DNA from: the human T2T-CHM13v2.0 reference genome, Homo sapiens
DNA length: 64,000 nt
Assembly (NCBI RefSeq): GCF_009914755.1
Contig: NC_060939.1
Reading direction: 5' to 3' (one strand)
Shown here: one piece after another, positions 46,499-63,757 of the stretch
How the letters are laid out: each line of letters opens with the position of its first letter
Position numbering within the stretch: position 1 is the first letter of the stretch
The notes under the pieces: generated by a model
What the model saw: only the letters and a program-made list of their open reading frames with translations
Databases searched by the model: none
Told to the model about the DNA's origin: nothing
Position numbers and translations under genes: made by a program

Positions 46499-47368
46499 AA
46501 ACGAACTTCAAAAATCAGAAGGAAAAAGTGGAAAACAAGTGAAAGAAATCACTCTGCTATGTGAGAGAGCCTGTGGACACAGCTGGTAGCTATTAATTAC
46601 TTGTAATTATTACAGGAAAATCTGGCACCTTCTGTGATCACACACAAATCCATCATCATCATGTCCTACCTCATCTTTTGCTGAGTGTCAGCAGGGAAGG
46701 GAAAGGCTGTTTGGAATAGGGATTAAAATTTTTAAAAAGCTGGGATTACTGGAGGTGGTCGGCTTCTACTCTTGTAAAGGAAACTCCTACATTTATCTCT
46801 TCAGATGTCTCTGTGACAAATTATTTATGCAGTCACAGGATCAATCTGAAGTTTAGATTAAGAATTAATGGAAAAATAAGAACAGAACTCAAATGCATCT
46901 TTAACCTTACTGCTTAATCCCTAGTCCCTGTTCCTCCTGCTAAATCATCTTTCATTTCTCTGCCTGATCCACTTTTGAGAAATTGAACCCGTTAGGGCAT
47001 CCCCTAGAGAGGCCCTCCTCTCTTGTCCTGTTGGCTGTGGTTAGAGAACACTGAGGAGGCAGCCCACTGCTGAGAGTGCCTCCTCTCTCTCTGGGATTTT
47101 TCTGGCAGACCCAGCTGGCCGATGATAGTCCCTCTCCAGACTGTGGTCCAAGGACCCCATTCTGGCCGCCATTCTCACCAGTTATTACAGTAAATTAGTT
47201 GAGGGAAAATAAGATTTAGAGGACTCCCTTGCACTATGAGATGGCTTTCTCTCCATATGCTACTTAAAGAACCAAAAAACATCTCATGGTGGTTTTTGGC
47301 CATGTCTTCTCCAGCTCGTCGTCATTTCTCTTTTGGGGCTGGCATGATATTTTGTTTTCTTTCTGCAG

Positions 47369-47552
47369 AGCCTTTTTGGGAGCCTGGTAACTGGTCACAT
47401 TGTTCTGCCACCTGTGGTCATTTGGGAGCCCGCATTCAGAGACCCCAGTGTGTGATGGCCAATGGGCAGGAAGTGAGTGAGGCCCTGTGTGATCACCTCC
47501 AGAAGCCACTGGCTGGGTTTGAGCCCTGTAACATCCGGGACTGCCCAGCGAG
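47369..47552 (+). CDS. ADAMTSL3: ADAMTSL3 exon 26 (184 nt, phase 1 to 2): TSP1 repeat
   Basis: ctgcag| (E)PFWEPGNWSHCSATCG...CNIRDCPA(R); AG|gtaagt. Confidence 0.97.
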
Positions 47553-48029
47553 GTAAGTGAAGTCACTCTTTGTATCTCATCAACACCAAGTTTTTGTTTG
47601 TTTTGAAAGGTGCAGTGATTTGGACATAATAATTCAATAGCTAAGTTTTTTTTATCACTTACTGTATACTAGGCATCCTGCTAAGTGCTTTACATGGATC
47701 ACAGTGTCCTGTGAGGTAGATGTTGTTAATTTCCTGTTTCGTAGATGGGGAAACTCCCCTAGGCCATACAGTTATAAGGACCAGGATTCAAATGGTGATA
47801 GTCTGATTTTAGAGCCCCTGCTCTCAATCACTAACCAAACCTGCTTCCTGCACACACAATCCTGTCAGTTCTTTAAGACTTTAGTGAGGCTAATTTCTTG
47901 GGTTTACTTAGGAGATAATTCAGTGGGCCAGAATCACCAGAGGCACTAGTGAAAAACACAGTTCTCTAGACTTGATCCCTGGAGGTAAAACCATTAATAA
48001 GCTTTCTAAGCAATAGGTAATACAAATCA

Positions 48030-49162
48030 GTAATTTTTAAATGTCCAAAATCAAATTCATGGTCTCCAGCAAACTTACTCCATCCCCAGTATTTCAGATC
48101 TTGATGACTACATCCTAGATGCCCCTCTTTCTCTCACTTCCATCCATTCTTGTCCATTTCCACTGTTACCACTAAAGTCCAAGCCGTCATTTTTTCTTAC
48201 ATGGACTACTCCAGGAGTCTTCTGGTTCTTATCTCCCTCTCTGGAGTACTTTGTCCACTCTCTAAGAATAAAGATATTTGAAACAAATTCATCATGATGG
48301 TTCTCTTAGTTTCATTAGGTTTCTACCTCTGCAAATAAAAATATCGACTTCACAAGATGATCTTGAAAATTAAATGAAAAATTGATTATAAAGTGTCTAA
48401 CTCAGTACCTGTCACCTGGGAGGTTCTCAGTAAATATATCTACTTTTAAAAAATTATTTTTAAATAAGCTGTAATCCTGAGTGTCCAACTAAAAATATAT
48501 TTTACATTTTTGCTTTGCAAATGATGCCATGTGCAATTTACACATTTATCTTAGGACAAAGGCCAAAATTCCCAGCACTGGGGTTGTGACTATCTTGTAC
48601 ATCTTTTTATCTCATGTTTGAAACAGTGCCTAGCAATAGTAGGTGCTTAGTAAATATTTGCTGACTGACTGAGTAAATGAGTGGAAGAATTGAAGTCCCT
48701 TCATATTTGGGCCTTGGGCTATCTCTTTTATCGCTTGTCTCTCCCACACTGGTTATTTGATCTCCTTCCATGCTGGTCTTTTTTTGTCCCTTAGATATAC
48801 TATTCTGTTTCCTGACTCAGAGGCTTTGTGCATACTTCTCCCTCTGCCTAGGACACTGTCCCCTCTCTCTTCACTTAATCATTTCTGTTCATCTATATAT
48901 ACCTCAATACATGCTCAGGGAAACCATCCCTGAACTTAGCCCTCCAAAGTAAATCACGCCTTATGTTATATGATTTTTATATGTCCTTATCATTCTTCAT
49001 AATTCTTACCACAATTGTCTGTCTTGCTCTCCCACTAGACCGTAAATTCTATGGGGAGTAAATCCACAGGTATTTTGCTCAATAATTTATTCCTAGCACT
49101 TAGCACAATGTCTGCTGCATCATATACTCCCTATAAATATTTATGAAATCAATGAATGAATG
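48030..49162 (+). mobile_element. L2 fragments interrupted by duplication copy 2
   Basis: L2 motifs gtccaagccgtcat, cttaggacaaaggccaaaatt; 3' end aatgaatgaatga. Confidence 0.6.
48308..48540 (+). repeat. 233-bp local duplication, copy 2
   Basis: Direct repeat of 46266-46498 at offset 2042. Confidence 0.93.
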
Positions 49163-49760
49163 ATTACAACACAGACCCTAGCAGATAGTTGACCAAATAG
49201 TACCAAAATCCATAGTAAAAACAATTAACAAATAAAAAAGCATTTGTTGAGTACAAACCAATGAAGAAGATACTAACATTTTACTGATGAGAAACTGGAG
49301 AAATGTTTAATGTTATATAGCTCACTGCCCTTGGGCAGATGTCCACACTAGATCCAGTCTCTAAGAGTGCCTTGGAGGAGAGTGGGAGGCAGGGTCACAG
49401 TGTAAAGCAAAATAGGTTCCTTAGGACATGTTCTTAGGAGGGCTATCAATATTGCAGGCACCCTAACTGATAGGTCTTCCAGTACCCTTTGTAATTCTCA
49501 AAAGGAAGATCTCATGTTAAGGTCATCCCTCAGAAAGCAGCAAACTCATGCTTCAGTAACTTGGAGTAACCTGATTGAGAAAGCTGTTTTATGGCATTTC
49601 TTGATTTTCAAAACGCGGAGAGAATCCACATTGGGAAATCTGTCAGCAGTCTTGTTTCTCGAATATTCTAAAACCTTTGCACACTCCTAGGATAAACAGT
49701 CCCACACTTTCATACCTAGAAGAGACCATAGAGATCATCTAATCCCAGATCCCTCTACAT

Positions 49761-50553
<793 letters not shown>

Positions 50554-51196
50554 CTGCAGTCTCCCAACAGCATCTTTGTCCCAACAGACAAAGCACTCAA
50601 TATCTCAAAGGTGTCCAGCTCCAAGTTCAGTCTCCTATAATCATTAAAGCATGAACTTTAGAGTCAGATAAATCTAGAATCCAATCCCAGCTCTGCTGGC
50701 AGGTTAGTCATGTGGTCATAGCTAAGTTATTCAGTTCAGTGGACATCCGTTTCTTTTCTACAAGAATGGGAATAACATGAGAATTATACAAGCTAACATG
50801 TAAGTATCTTGCAGGGTAAACAACACTTAGATGCTGGAAATATATTTTCTTCATTTTAGTTTCAGTGAGTTGAACTCCACCTTTTGGAAATTTCCTCCTA
50901 AATTTGCCCCAGCTTTACCCTCTAGGGCCACACAAGTAACAGCTCTTCATAAACCTGAAGACAGCTGTACCCCATTCCTAAAGTAGTCATCTCTACATGA
51001 TGACACTGTTTCTCCCGAGTTAAAGAAGGTCTGAGAAAAAGGCTGGGAGTCATCTGTGCTGCTTCCCATTCCCATAGAGACATGTGACAGCCTAAGATAG
51101 CCATGGTGTTGGGATCAGCTTTTTCCTTTGATGAGACGCCCCCTCTAAGATCTGGCATACCAGTCCTTACTAAAGTCCTGTAGTTTTTGTTCCTAG

Positions 51197-51395
51197 GTGG
51201 TTCACAAGTGTGTGGTCACAGTGCTCTGTGTCTTGCGGTGAAGGATACCACAGTCGGCAGGTGACGTGCAAGCGGACAAAAGCCAATGGAACTGTGCAGG
51301 TGGTGTCTCCAAGAGCATGTGCCCCTAAAGACCGGCCTCTGGGAAGAAAACCATGTTTTGGTCATCCATGTGTTCAGTGGGAACCAGGGAACCGG
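51197..51395 (+). CDS. ADAMTSL3: ADAMTSL3 exon 27 (199 nt, phase 2 to 0): TSP1 repeat
   Basis: tcctag| (R)WFTSVWSQCSVSCGEG...CFGHPCVQWEPGNR; CGG|gtaaag. Confidence 0.97.
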
Positions 51396-51754
51396 GTAAA
51401 GCTAACACATCTAGTTTGTGGACAGCACTATCTGTCCACACAGATAGTGTGATAATAATCACCTTGTTTCCAATAAACTACTTTTGGGGCGGGGGGCAGG
51501 AATCTGACTGGTCTCTGAAATGAATGTATGTCTTTGACCTCAAGGTTTACATTTAGAAATCATAGTATCTCTGTCTTCCAGTACAAAAGTGAACCAAGTT
51601 TGGGTTCTTTGAATGCAGTGATGCCATAACAGAAGCTCCAAGTTAGACCAGTTTAGGGCAGTAAGAATAAAAGTAGCCTTCAGGAAAATGAGGAGGGGAA
51701 CATTAGTGGTATCTGCACAAAAGCCTCAGAATCTTCATCCCAAATGCCACCTTT

Positions 51755-54480
<2,726 letters not shown>

Positions 54481-54673
54481 TTTTTCCTGTAATTGAACCC
54501 ACCTTAGCACACAAGTCTTCATTTTTGCTCACAGCAGAAAAACCCAAACTTGGCAGACATTTATGGTTTTAAGCATAGTCATTTCCGGACTTAAACCCAA
54601 TTGATTCAAGATTTGCCCTGTCATTTTTTCCTTCTCCCCAGAGGTGGTCTAAGTTTTGTGGGAGAAAGGAGGG

Positions 54674-57066
54674 TGATATGGTTAGGCTTTGTGTCCCCAC
54701 CCAGATCTCATCTTGAATTATAATCCCCATAATCCTCAATATCCCCACATGTCAAGGGAGAGACCAGGTGGAGGTAATTGAGTCATGGGGGCAGTTTCCC
54801 CCATGCTGTTCTTGTGACAGTGAGTGAGTTCTCACAAGATCTGATGGTTTTATAAGAGGCTTTTCCCCCTTTGGCACTTCTCCTTCCTGCTGCCTTGTGA
54901 AGAAAGTTCCTTGCTTCCTCTTTGCCTTCCATCATGATTTTAAGTTTCCTGAGGCCTCCTCAGCCATGCAGATATGTGAGTCAATTAAACCTCTTTCCTT
55001 TGTAAATTACTCAGTCTCAGGTATTTCTTTATAGAAGTGTAAAAATGAACTAATATAGTAAATTGGTACAGCAGAGAGAGGGATGTTGCTATAAAGATAC
55101 CCAAAAATGTGGAAGCGACTTTGGAACTGGGTAACAGGCACAGACTGGAACAGTTTGGAGGGCTCAGAAGAAGACAGGAAGATTTGGGAGAGTTTGGAAC
55201 TTCCTAGAGATCTGTTGAAGGGTTTTGACCAAAATGCTGATAGTGGTGTGGACAATAAAGTCCAGGCTGAAATGGTCTCAGGTGGAGATGAGGAACTTCT
55301 TGGGAACTAGAGCAAAGGTGACTCTTGCTATGCTTTAGCAAAGAGAATGGAGGCATTTTGCCCCTGTCCTAGAGATCTGTGGAATGTTGAACTTGAGAGA
55401 GATGATTTAGGGTATCTGGTAGAAGAAATTTCTAAGCATCAAAGCATTCAAGAGGTGACTTGGATGCTCTTAAAAGCATTCAGTTTTATGCATTCACAAA
55501 GAGATGACTTGGAATTGGAACTTATGTTTCAAAGGGAAGCAGAGCATAAAAGTTTGGAAAATTTGCAGCCTGAGGATGCAATGGAAAAGAAAAACCCATT
55601 TTCTGAGGAGAAATTCAAGCTGGCTGCAGAAATTTGCATAAGGAATGAGGAGCAAAATGCCAATACAATGGGGAACATGTCTCCAGGGCACGTCAGTGGT
55701 CTTCACAGCAGCCCCTCCCATCACATACCCTGAGGCATAGGAGAAAAAAGTGGTTTCCTGGGCTGAGCCCAGGAACTTGCTGCTTTGTGCAGTCCGAGCA
55801 CTTGGAGCCCTGTGTCTCAGCCATGGCTAAAAGGAACCAACATACAACTCAGGCCATTGCTTCAGAGGGCGCAAGCCCCAACCCTTGGCAGCTTACACAT
55901 GGTGTTGGGCCTGCAGGTGCACAGAAGTCAAGAATTGAGGTTTGAGAACCTCTGCCTAGATTTCAGAGGAATGTATGGAAAACCCTAGATGTCCAGACAG
56001 AAGTTTGCTGCAGGAGTAGGGTCCTCATAAAGAACCTCTGTTACAGCAGTGCAGAAGGGAAATGTGGGGTTGGAGCCTCCACACAGAGTCTCCACTGGTG
56101 CATTGCCTAGTGGAGCTGTGAGAAGAGGACCACCATCCTTCTGACCCCAGAATGGTAGATCTACTGACAGCTTGTGCTGTGTGCCTGGAAAAGCCACAGT
56201 CACTTAACACCAGCCCATGAAAGCAGCCAGGAGTGAGGACTGTACCCTGCAAAGCCACAGAGGAGGAGCTGCTTAAGGCCATGGGAGCCCACCTCTTACA
56301 TCAGCATGATGGAAGACACGGGGTCATGTCTGGATGTGAGACATGGGGTCAAAGGAGATCATATCGGAACTTTAAGATTTGACTGCCCCATTGGATTTTG
56401 GCCTTGTATGGGGCCTATAGTCCCATTATTTTGGCCAACTTCTCCCATTTGGAATGGGTGTATTTATCCACTGCCTGTACCTCCACTGTATCTAGGAAGT
56501 AACTAACTTACTTTTCATGTTACAGGCTCATAGGCAGAAGAGACTTGCCTTATTTCAGATGAGACTTTGGACTTGGACTTTTGGGTTAATGCTGGAATGA
56601 ATTAAGACTTTGGGGGACTGTTGGGAAGGCATGAATGCTTTTGAAATGTGAAAGGGACATGAGATTTGGGAGGGGCCACGGGCAGAATGATATGGTTAGG
56701 CTTTTTGTCCTCACCCAAATCTCATCTTGAATTTTAATCCCCACAATCCCCACATGTCAAGGGAGAGACCAGGTGGAGGCAGTTGGATCATGGCGACAGT
56801 TTCCCTCATGCTATTCTCATGATAGTGAGTGAGTTCTCACAAGATCTGATTGTTTTATAAAGGGGGCTCTTCTCCCTTCACTTGGCACTTCTCCTCTTTG
56901 CCGCTTGTGAAGAAGGTGCCTTGTTTCCCCTTCACCTTCTGACATGATTGTAAGTCTTCTGAGGCTTCCCCAGCCATGCTGACTGTGAGTCAATTAAACC
57001 TCTTTCCTTTGTAAATTACCCAGTCTCGGGTATGTCTTTAGAGCAGTGTGAAAATGGACTAATACA
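54674..57066 (+). mobile_element. Full-length THE1D-like MaLR: LTR 54674-55057, internal 55058-56687, LTR 56688-57066
   Basis: Two similar tgatatggttaggc...taata(t/c)a LTRs; internal start gtaaattggtac; PPT-like gggaggggccacgggcagaa; perfect 5-bp TSD gaggg at 54669-54673 and 57067-57071. Confidence 0.92.
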
Positions 57067-57285
57067 GAGGGGATGGTAAGCTTAGGCAGTTTCTTCCTGA
57101 CTCTGAAAAAGAGGTGTCTGGTCCACAGAGCTGTACCCTAATCCTCTTTAACTCCCCCCTGGGGACAGTTGGTTACAGTCCCCTTGTAATAGGTCTTCAG
57201 CTATCCTGCCTCAGTACATGATCTTAGTACACACAGCATGGATGAGCTTGCAGGATTTACACTGCACTGTGCTTTTTTGTTCCAG

Positions 57286-57383
57286 TGTCCTGGACGTTGC
57301 ATGGGCCGTGCTGTGAGGATGCAGCAGCGTCACACAGCTTGTCAACACAACAGCTCTGACTCCAACTGTGATGACAGAAAGAG
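57286..57383 (+). CDS. ADAMTSL3: ADAMTSL3 exon 28 (98 nt, phase 0 to 2): atypical TSP1 repeat
   Basis: ttccag| CPGRCMGRAVRMQQRHTACQHNSSDSNCDDRK(R); AG|gtaggg. Confidence 0.94.
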
Positions 57384-59328
57384 GTAGGGGCCCCACCCCA
57401 GAGCAGCACACATTCTCTCCTGACTCACTCAGGACAATGATTATAACTGCCTGAAAATGGAATCCTTTCTAGTTTCTACCAACTCTCATAATTGACAGTT
57501 TTCAATTATGATTTATTTAGTGTCATCTTCAATAGTATATATTATACTGAAATACTAGTTAATGTGCACTATTTATAACTATAAATTGTTTGGATGTTAA
57601 ACAATAAAGGGACACCACTCTATGTGGTAAAAGGGGAAAAGGATATCATTGAGAAAACGGAGATACTTCTCCCTCTATATACTAAGTTAATCAAGCCTAA
57701 TAATATTCCATTTAGGCTTACAGATTAAATCTTCTTAATGCTTTTAATGAACTGCTTTATTTCTCTGTTTAGAAAATGTTTTGATTAGGATATTGTCACA
57801 GTGGTTGGCAGATAGTAAAATAAACTTTAATCTTGTTGAGGAGGTTAAATAAGGGTGGAGTTTGCTTTCCTCCTTTTATAAAAGTCTGAGCTGGTAGATG
57901 GTTTAGGGATAGAAGAGCTTTTTTCATGGGGTCATCCAGAGATCCAGATGCCCTCCATCTGGCAGCTCTACCATCCAAGAGGACAGCACCCCAGCCAGCA
58001 GAAAGTGGGGAGAGAGCCTAGAAGGCACACTAATCGGGGGCTTGGGAGTTCTATTATATCACTCACTTACTGTGTGACCCTGGACTGCCTAGCCACCTAA
58101 TCTGCAAAGTGGGATATTATCATCCATGTGAACTTATGTTTAGAAAGTTTTAATGATTTAGCTTAGTGTGAAACACGAGGCAGCCTGGGTCATGGAAGAT
58201 GCTCAATATCTGGCTATTTCTTCCTTTTCCATGTCCTGAGTCTTGCTGGAGAAAATGAGATGACCTTGACAGTTGGCTGGGTTACCATTTTGAGCCTTCA
58301 GTAAGGTTTGGCAATGTAGGGTCAGTTGCATTTCCTATTCCCCACAAAGTGATTTCAAGCCAAAACCATTCTCCTCAAATGGAAAATGTTTGGAACGGCT
58401 GCTCTCATTCTCAACAGACAACCTAAGTTTCCTATTTTCCTGAGAAGATACAGACCACACACAGATTGATATGCATCATCCCAGGTGCTTTACTTTGCAT
58501 TCACAAAGATATACTTAAAGCACAAATACATACATGGGTCACATACATATTTTTCTGAAACTTGCTTTTTCTACCTAAGAATATATTATAGATAATTCCC
58601 ATCAAGTAAAGATTAACTTTATTCTTTTTAATTTTGTACTTAATACTCTATTCTACTCAATATTCTATCTAAATTTTGTACTTAATATTCTGTTGCTAAT
58701 GGACATTGGATAGTTTCAAACTTTTTGCTATTATAAACTAAGCTTCAGTAAATATCGTGGAACATATATCTTTGGGTACAAAGGGTAATATTTTTATAGA
58801 GTAGATTTTTAGATAATGGAATTGAATTGGTAGGAATGCTCATTTTGATGCTATCAAATTGCCATCAAAATTTCTATGCCAGCAATATGTGAGAGTTGCC
58901 CCCTTTTCATCAACATGATATAGGTTTGCAGTCTTTTAAAATTTTTGCCAATCTGATGGATGAAAATTTATCTCATTGTAATGTGTACTTTCCTGATTAC
59001 TTTTTTATATGATTTTTTATTCCTTATATTTTTTTTCTTGAACTCATCTTCATTTTTTCTTTTCTGCCACCATTACCCTTGGCCAAACCACCATCGTATC
59101 TCACCTGGTATACTGTCACAGCTGTCCAACTGGTCCCCCTTCATCCATCCATGCTCCTTTCCAACCCAGTCTCCACAGTACAGCCAGAGTGAGTTTTCCC
59201 AGATGCAAATCTGATCCTACCACCACCACAACCCATCTCCCTGCTAGACTAAAATTACTTTAGAGGTTTTACTTGCTCTTAGGAAGATTGACCAAATCCT
59301 CAATGTGACCTATAAAATACCACATGCT

Positions 59329-59645
<317 letters not shown>

Positions 59646-62600
59646 TCAAGTCCTACTTTTCTTCACAGCCTCATCCATTATCTCATGCTGTCTCACTCTT
59701 CATGTTCCAGCCACACTGTCCTTCTGTCAGTTTCTCAGATATGTCACATACTTTCCAATCAAAGGTAGCAAAAAATAAGAGGCAGAAAATGTAATACGGA
59801 AGATAAAGAGTATAGAAGGATCTATCAAGAGGCTCAAAATCTGATTAAATTGGGTTTTAGACCAAGAGATATGAAAGTGAAATTAAAGGGTAGACTTTTT
59901 TTTAATAATGGAAGAAAATTCCTAGAGCTGGGGGTGAGTCAGAGTGGCAGGGAGTCAAGTTACCATTCATTTTCTCTTTTATTTCTGTTTCCTCCAGGAT
60001 TGGCTGTTCTGTTTTTATAACCTGATGCTTTTCTTTCATGGTGTTAATATTTTTTCCTCAGATATCTGGTGGTTTATGGATGAGGGATGAAGTTGGTTAG
60101 TATAGAGAGCTGTCGAGGGTTTCTTCTGCAGTGTTTTAGCCCCCTTTTCCCCACAGACCTCTTCTGCTGGATTGGTTTATGACCATGGGCTCTCTGTAGG
60201 TAGGTGAGGTGTTAGATCTCACTTTTGAGTGGGTGGACAGGGAGCAATGGAGACCCCCCATTTGCCATAGTAGGGCCTCAGGAAATGTTAGAGAGTGTTG
60301 TAGAAGGAGTAGCATTAGTGGCGTGGGCAGAGGATCAGTGGTGGGCAGGCTGTCTGCTAGTGTTTACTATATGCCCTGGGAAGGTTTTGGGAGCTGTGGC
60401 TTCCATTGAAAAGTTGTAGAGGGAATGGGAATTGTCAGGGTGGAGCTAGCCCAGACTTATGGCAAGGTGACAACATGGGGACCTATAGAATGCTGAGGAC
60501 ACAGAAAGTTGGTTTCTCAAAGTGGCGATTTCTAACTTCTGAAATCAGAATCACCTAGGAAATTTCTGTAAAATAAAGATGCTTGGGCCTCACCTCAGGC
60601 AGTGAATCAGAACCTTCATGAGATTGCCTGGCCATCTACAGCATTTTAAAGCTGTGTGCTTCTGCCTGCTTCGAATAACCAGGCAGGCTTGGGATCTACT
60701 GCCGTCAGAATCAGCAGTTCCATCTGGCTGATGGTGAAAGGAGTTACTTGAGGCAGAAGTGGAGCCAGACTGAATAGAAGTGAGAAATTGAAAAAAGCTA
60801 GTAGAAACAGGGTTCCTTTATGATTTCTGCTACCATTTCTACACTCATGCTTCATGTAGAAAAACACATGAACCCCAGTTATGTGCATAGTGCAGGTGCC
60901 CAGACTGCATTCACCTGGCTCAGGTGTCTCTGTCCTGAGTCCTGTCCCTGGCCAGGAGGAAGTTACGCCCTCTACTGGACAGACCTTGCTTTTTATTTAT
61001 TATGATTTTTTCTACTGTATCCTTAGTGAGCAGCCTCTTAGCTTTCCTGGGCTTCAGCTTCTGTGTTGGTCCATAGCTCCCTGTGCCCCTCTCATTCTTT
61101 GTATTTAGAAAGCTCAATAGTCCTGTCTGACTTCCCACTGGCCCTGCCTTTCATCAAAGCAAAAGGGGCTGTTTTACAATCCTTTGGGCTAGAAGCAAAA
61201 GTCAACTTGGCATGATTTATGCAAAAAAGGGTGAGGGATTTATTAATAAGACAAGACCACCCAAAACTTGTGCACAATAATTTGGTATTCTTTTAAATAT
61301 ATTATTTGAATATTTGTTCAAGTTTCTTCAGTGGAAGGCTGATCTCTATATAGGGATGGTTGAGGAGTACTCAGTCTCTTCTCTGTTGTTCAAAGTGACT
61401 CAATTTTTGGTCCCTAAGATTCATACCTACTGGGGAAAACAAAAGCAGCTAACAGGACACCCACCTCTTCCATATATCGTATGAACAGTTTGGTAGGACA
61501 GCACTGTGTTAAGTAAACCCTTTGATAGAGTCTCCTCCTACTGGCTAGTGATAGGATTACTTCCAACTACATGCAATACTCTCAGAGTTCTTGGATATCA
61601 CAAATTTCTCCATTTTATTACATTTCCCATAAAACACTCCTTATGGATTTATGTGCCCTGATAAGGAACCTTTAATGGGATAACAAAAATATCTCATAGA
61701 ATCCAAAGGGAGAACAGGGAGCATGCAGTCAGACCTCAGGAAGGACTACAACTAAGAAATGGGAAGTCATTGTTTTTTTTCTCTTCTCTCATCTCTGCAG
61801 TTCTGTGTGTTTCTGCTTCATTATTTGCTCTTTATGAAAACTGGTTTTTTTCTATATTTCTGGCCGATGTGGAAGAATATAGCCACCTAATACTCCACAC
61901 TTCAGGTTTGCATGCCTGGTTCTAGCAACCTCCAAATCCTAAGAGAAATACATTTCTTCAACCAGCTCAAGTTAGGGCCCTCTTCCAGTCATCTTTGGAA
62001 CTGGGAAGACACTCTCAAGCAGTGCAAATATGTCTTCAGGAGCCCTGCCTTAGGGAACAAGGGCAGATACCCCAAAGTGGGCCCACTAAGTTTGGCTCTA
62101 TCCTCTTTAGCATGTGTCTTTTCAAAAATCAGAGGGTATTAACTTTCCATTCTGTTTTAAAAGGCAAGGAAATCAGAGATAGATTCTTATTCTCATATGG
62201 TCTTCAGTAGTTTCTGACTGCAAGTCTTGGTGTGACCTAAATGTAAAAAAGAGTACTTCTTTTAGCAGACAAGGTTGCTCACATAGAAAGTCATACACCG
62301 CAGTATGTTTTGAGCGCTTACAAACAGAAAATTGAAGTCTTGTTAATGAATTTGAGGTGGCTTATTGTAGATCATTATAGTAAATAATTCTCTTCCTTGC
62401 CAAAATTGATTTCTTCCAGCTAGTCAGGATGTGTGTGCCTTGACTTGGTGTTGGAAGTCAGTGGAAACACATGGTTTGCTTGCCATGCCCTCTTCATCAG
62501 AGCACATCTAAGCAGGCGCACTCCACCCCAGGTGGTGGAGAATGTTGTCACTGTCGTTCTAGCCTGTATGGCATAAAAGCAGAGGAATGTCTTGGTCTTA

Positions 62601-62723
62601 GACTCTCCATCCAACCTTTAATACGTAGTATAGAGTAAGGTAAAAAGGCTTGGTCCCAGCAAAAAGTTACACCCTGCCTCTCCTATTTTTTGTTTTTCCG
62701 TTTTGTTTTATTTTTCACTTCAG

Positions 62724-62938
62724 ACCCACCTTAAGAAGGAACTGCACATCAGGGGCCTGTGATGTGTGTTGGCACACAGGCCCTTGGAAGCCCTGTACAG
62801 CAGCCTGTGGCAGGGGTTTCCAGTCTCGGAAAGTCGACTGTATCCACACAAGGAGTTGCAAACCTGTGGCCAAGAGACACTGTGTACAGAAAAAGAAACC
62901 AATTTCCTGGCGGCACTGTCTTGGGCCCTCCTGTGATA
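62724..62938 (+). CDS. ADAMTSL3: ADAMTSL3 exon 29 (215 nt, phase 2 to 1): last TSP1 repeat
   Basis: cttcag| (R)PTLRRNCTSGACDVCWHTGPWKPCTAACGRG...CLGPSCD; A|gtacgt. Confidence 0.95.
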
Positions 62939-63650
62939 GTACGTACACCTCCCAGGTATCTCCACTGCCCCAGAGGCCTTGATGGCATCAGATCCTGATG
63001 CTACCATCACGGCACCAAACCCTGCTAGTGATTACCTCATCAGTGTCCCAACTGAGGGGCTATTCAGAATGGATTTGGTAGCTTGGGACATCAGGGGATG
63101 AACTCCTTTATGTGGGTGCAGCTGCATGTTCTCTAGAGAAAAGGCAGTTGGATTAGTAGCATGCCAGCATCATTGGTTACTGCCTTTCCGACAAGCACTG
63201 TCAGTCTCTCCACACACTTCTCTTCTGCCTGGTAGTCTTACGTGCTAAGACAAAGATTCCATGGATGGGCTTGGGTAGGTATGCTGATGTCCTGAAGTTA
63301 TATGTAAAAACTGTAGGTTTATTTTTCTAGGGAGTAGGTGTGTAGCATTCATAAGTTTTTCAAGGAGTCCATGACCCTGCAAAAGTTAAGCATTGCTGCT
63401 CTGAGAACTCAAAGGAGCAGCATGGGCCAGAGGGACTGGGAGGGTCCAGAGAGCAGCAAGAGGTCACTTGGCTGAGCTGAAAGGGAATCCAATGCACTTC
63501 TGACTCTCATGCAAAACAATGGCCCTAACCCAAAGCTGGTTTCTTCACCTCACTCTGTGATCTCAATTTATGGCTTTTCATAAAGTCAAATAATTTTTAA
63601 TTAGGTCTCTAATAAGCTATATGTTACAGATATTTGTTTCTTTTTTGCAG

Positions 63651-63757
63651 GAGACTGCACAGACACAACTCACTACTGTATGTTTGTAAAACATCTTAAT
63701 TTGTGTTCTCTAGACCGCTACAAACAAAGGTGCTGCCAGTCATGTCAAGAGGGATAA
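63651..63757 (+). CDS. ADAMTSL3: ADAMTSL3 exon 30 coding part: PLAC domain and stop
   Basis: ttttttgcag| (R)DCTDTTHYCMFVKHLNLCSLDRYKQRCCQSCQEG* with the 6-Cys PLAC pattern. Confidence 0.96.

Noticed and set aside
55107-55733. ORFs of 67 and 128 aa as a novel gene
   Set aside because: Broken remnants of the THE1 internal ORF
58630-58695. 42-bp-period imperfect duplication
   Set aside because: Small slippage event in AT-rich old repeat sequence; no evident consequence
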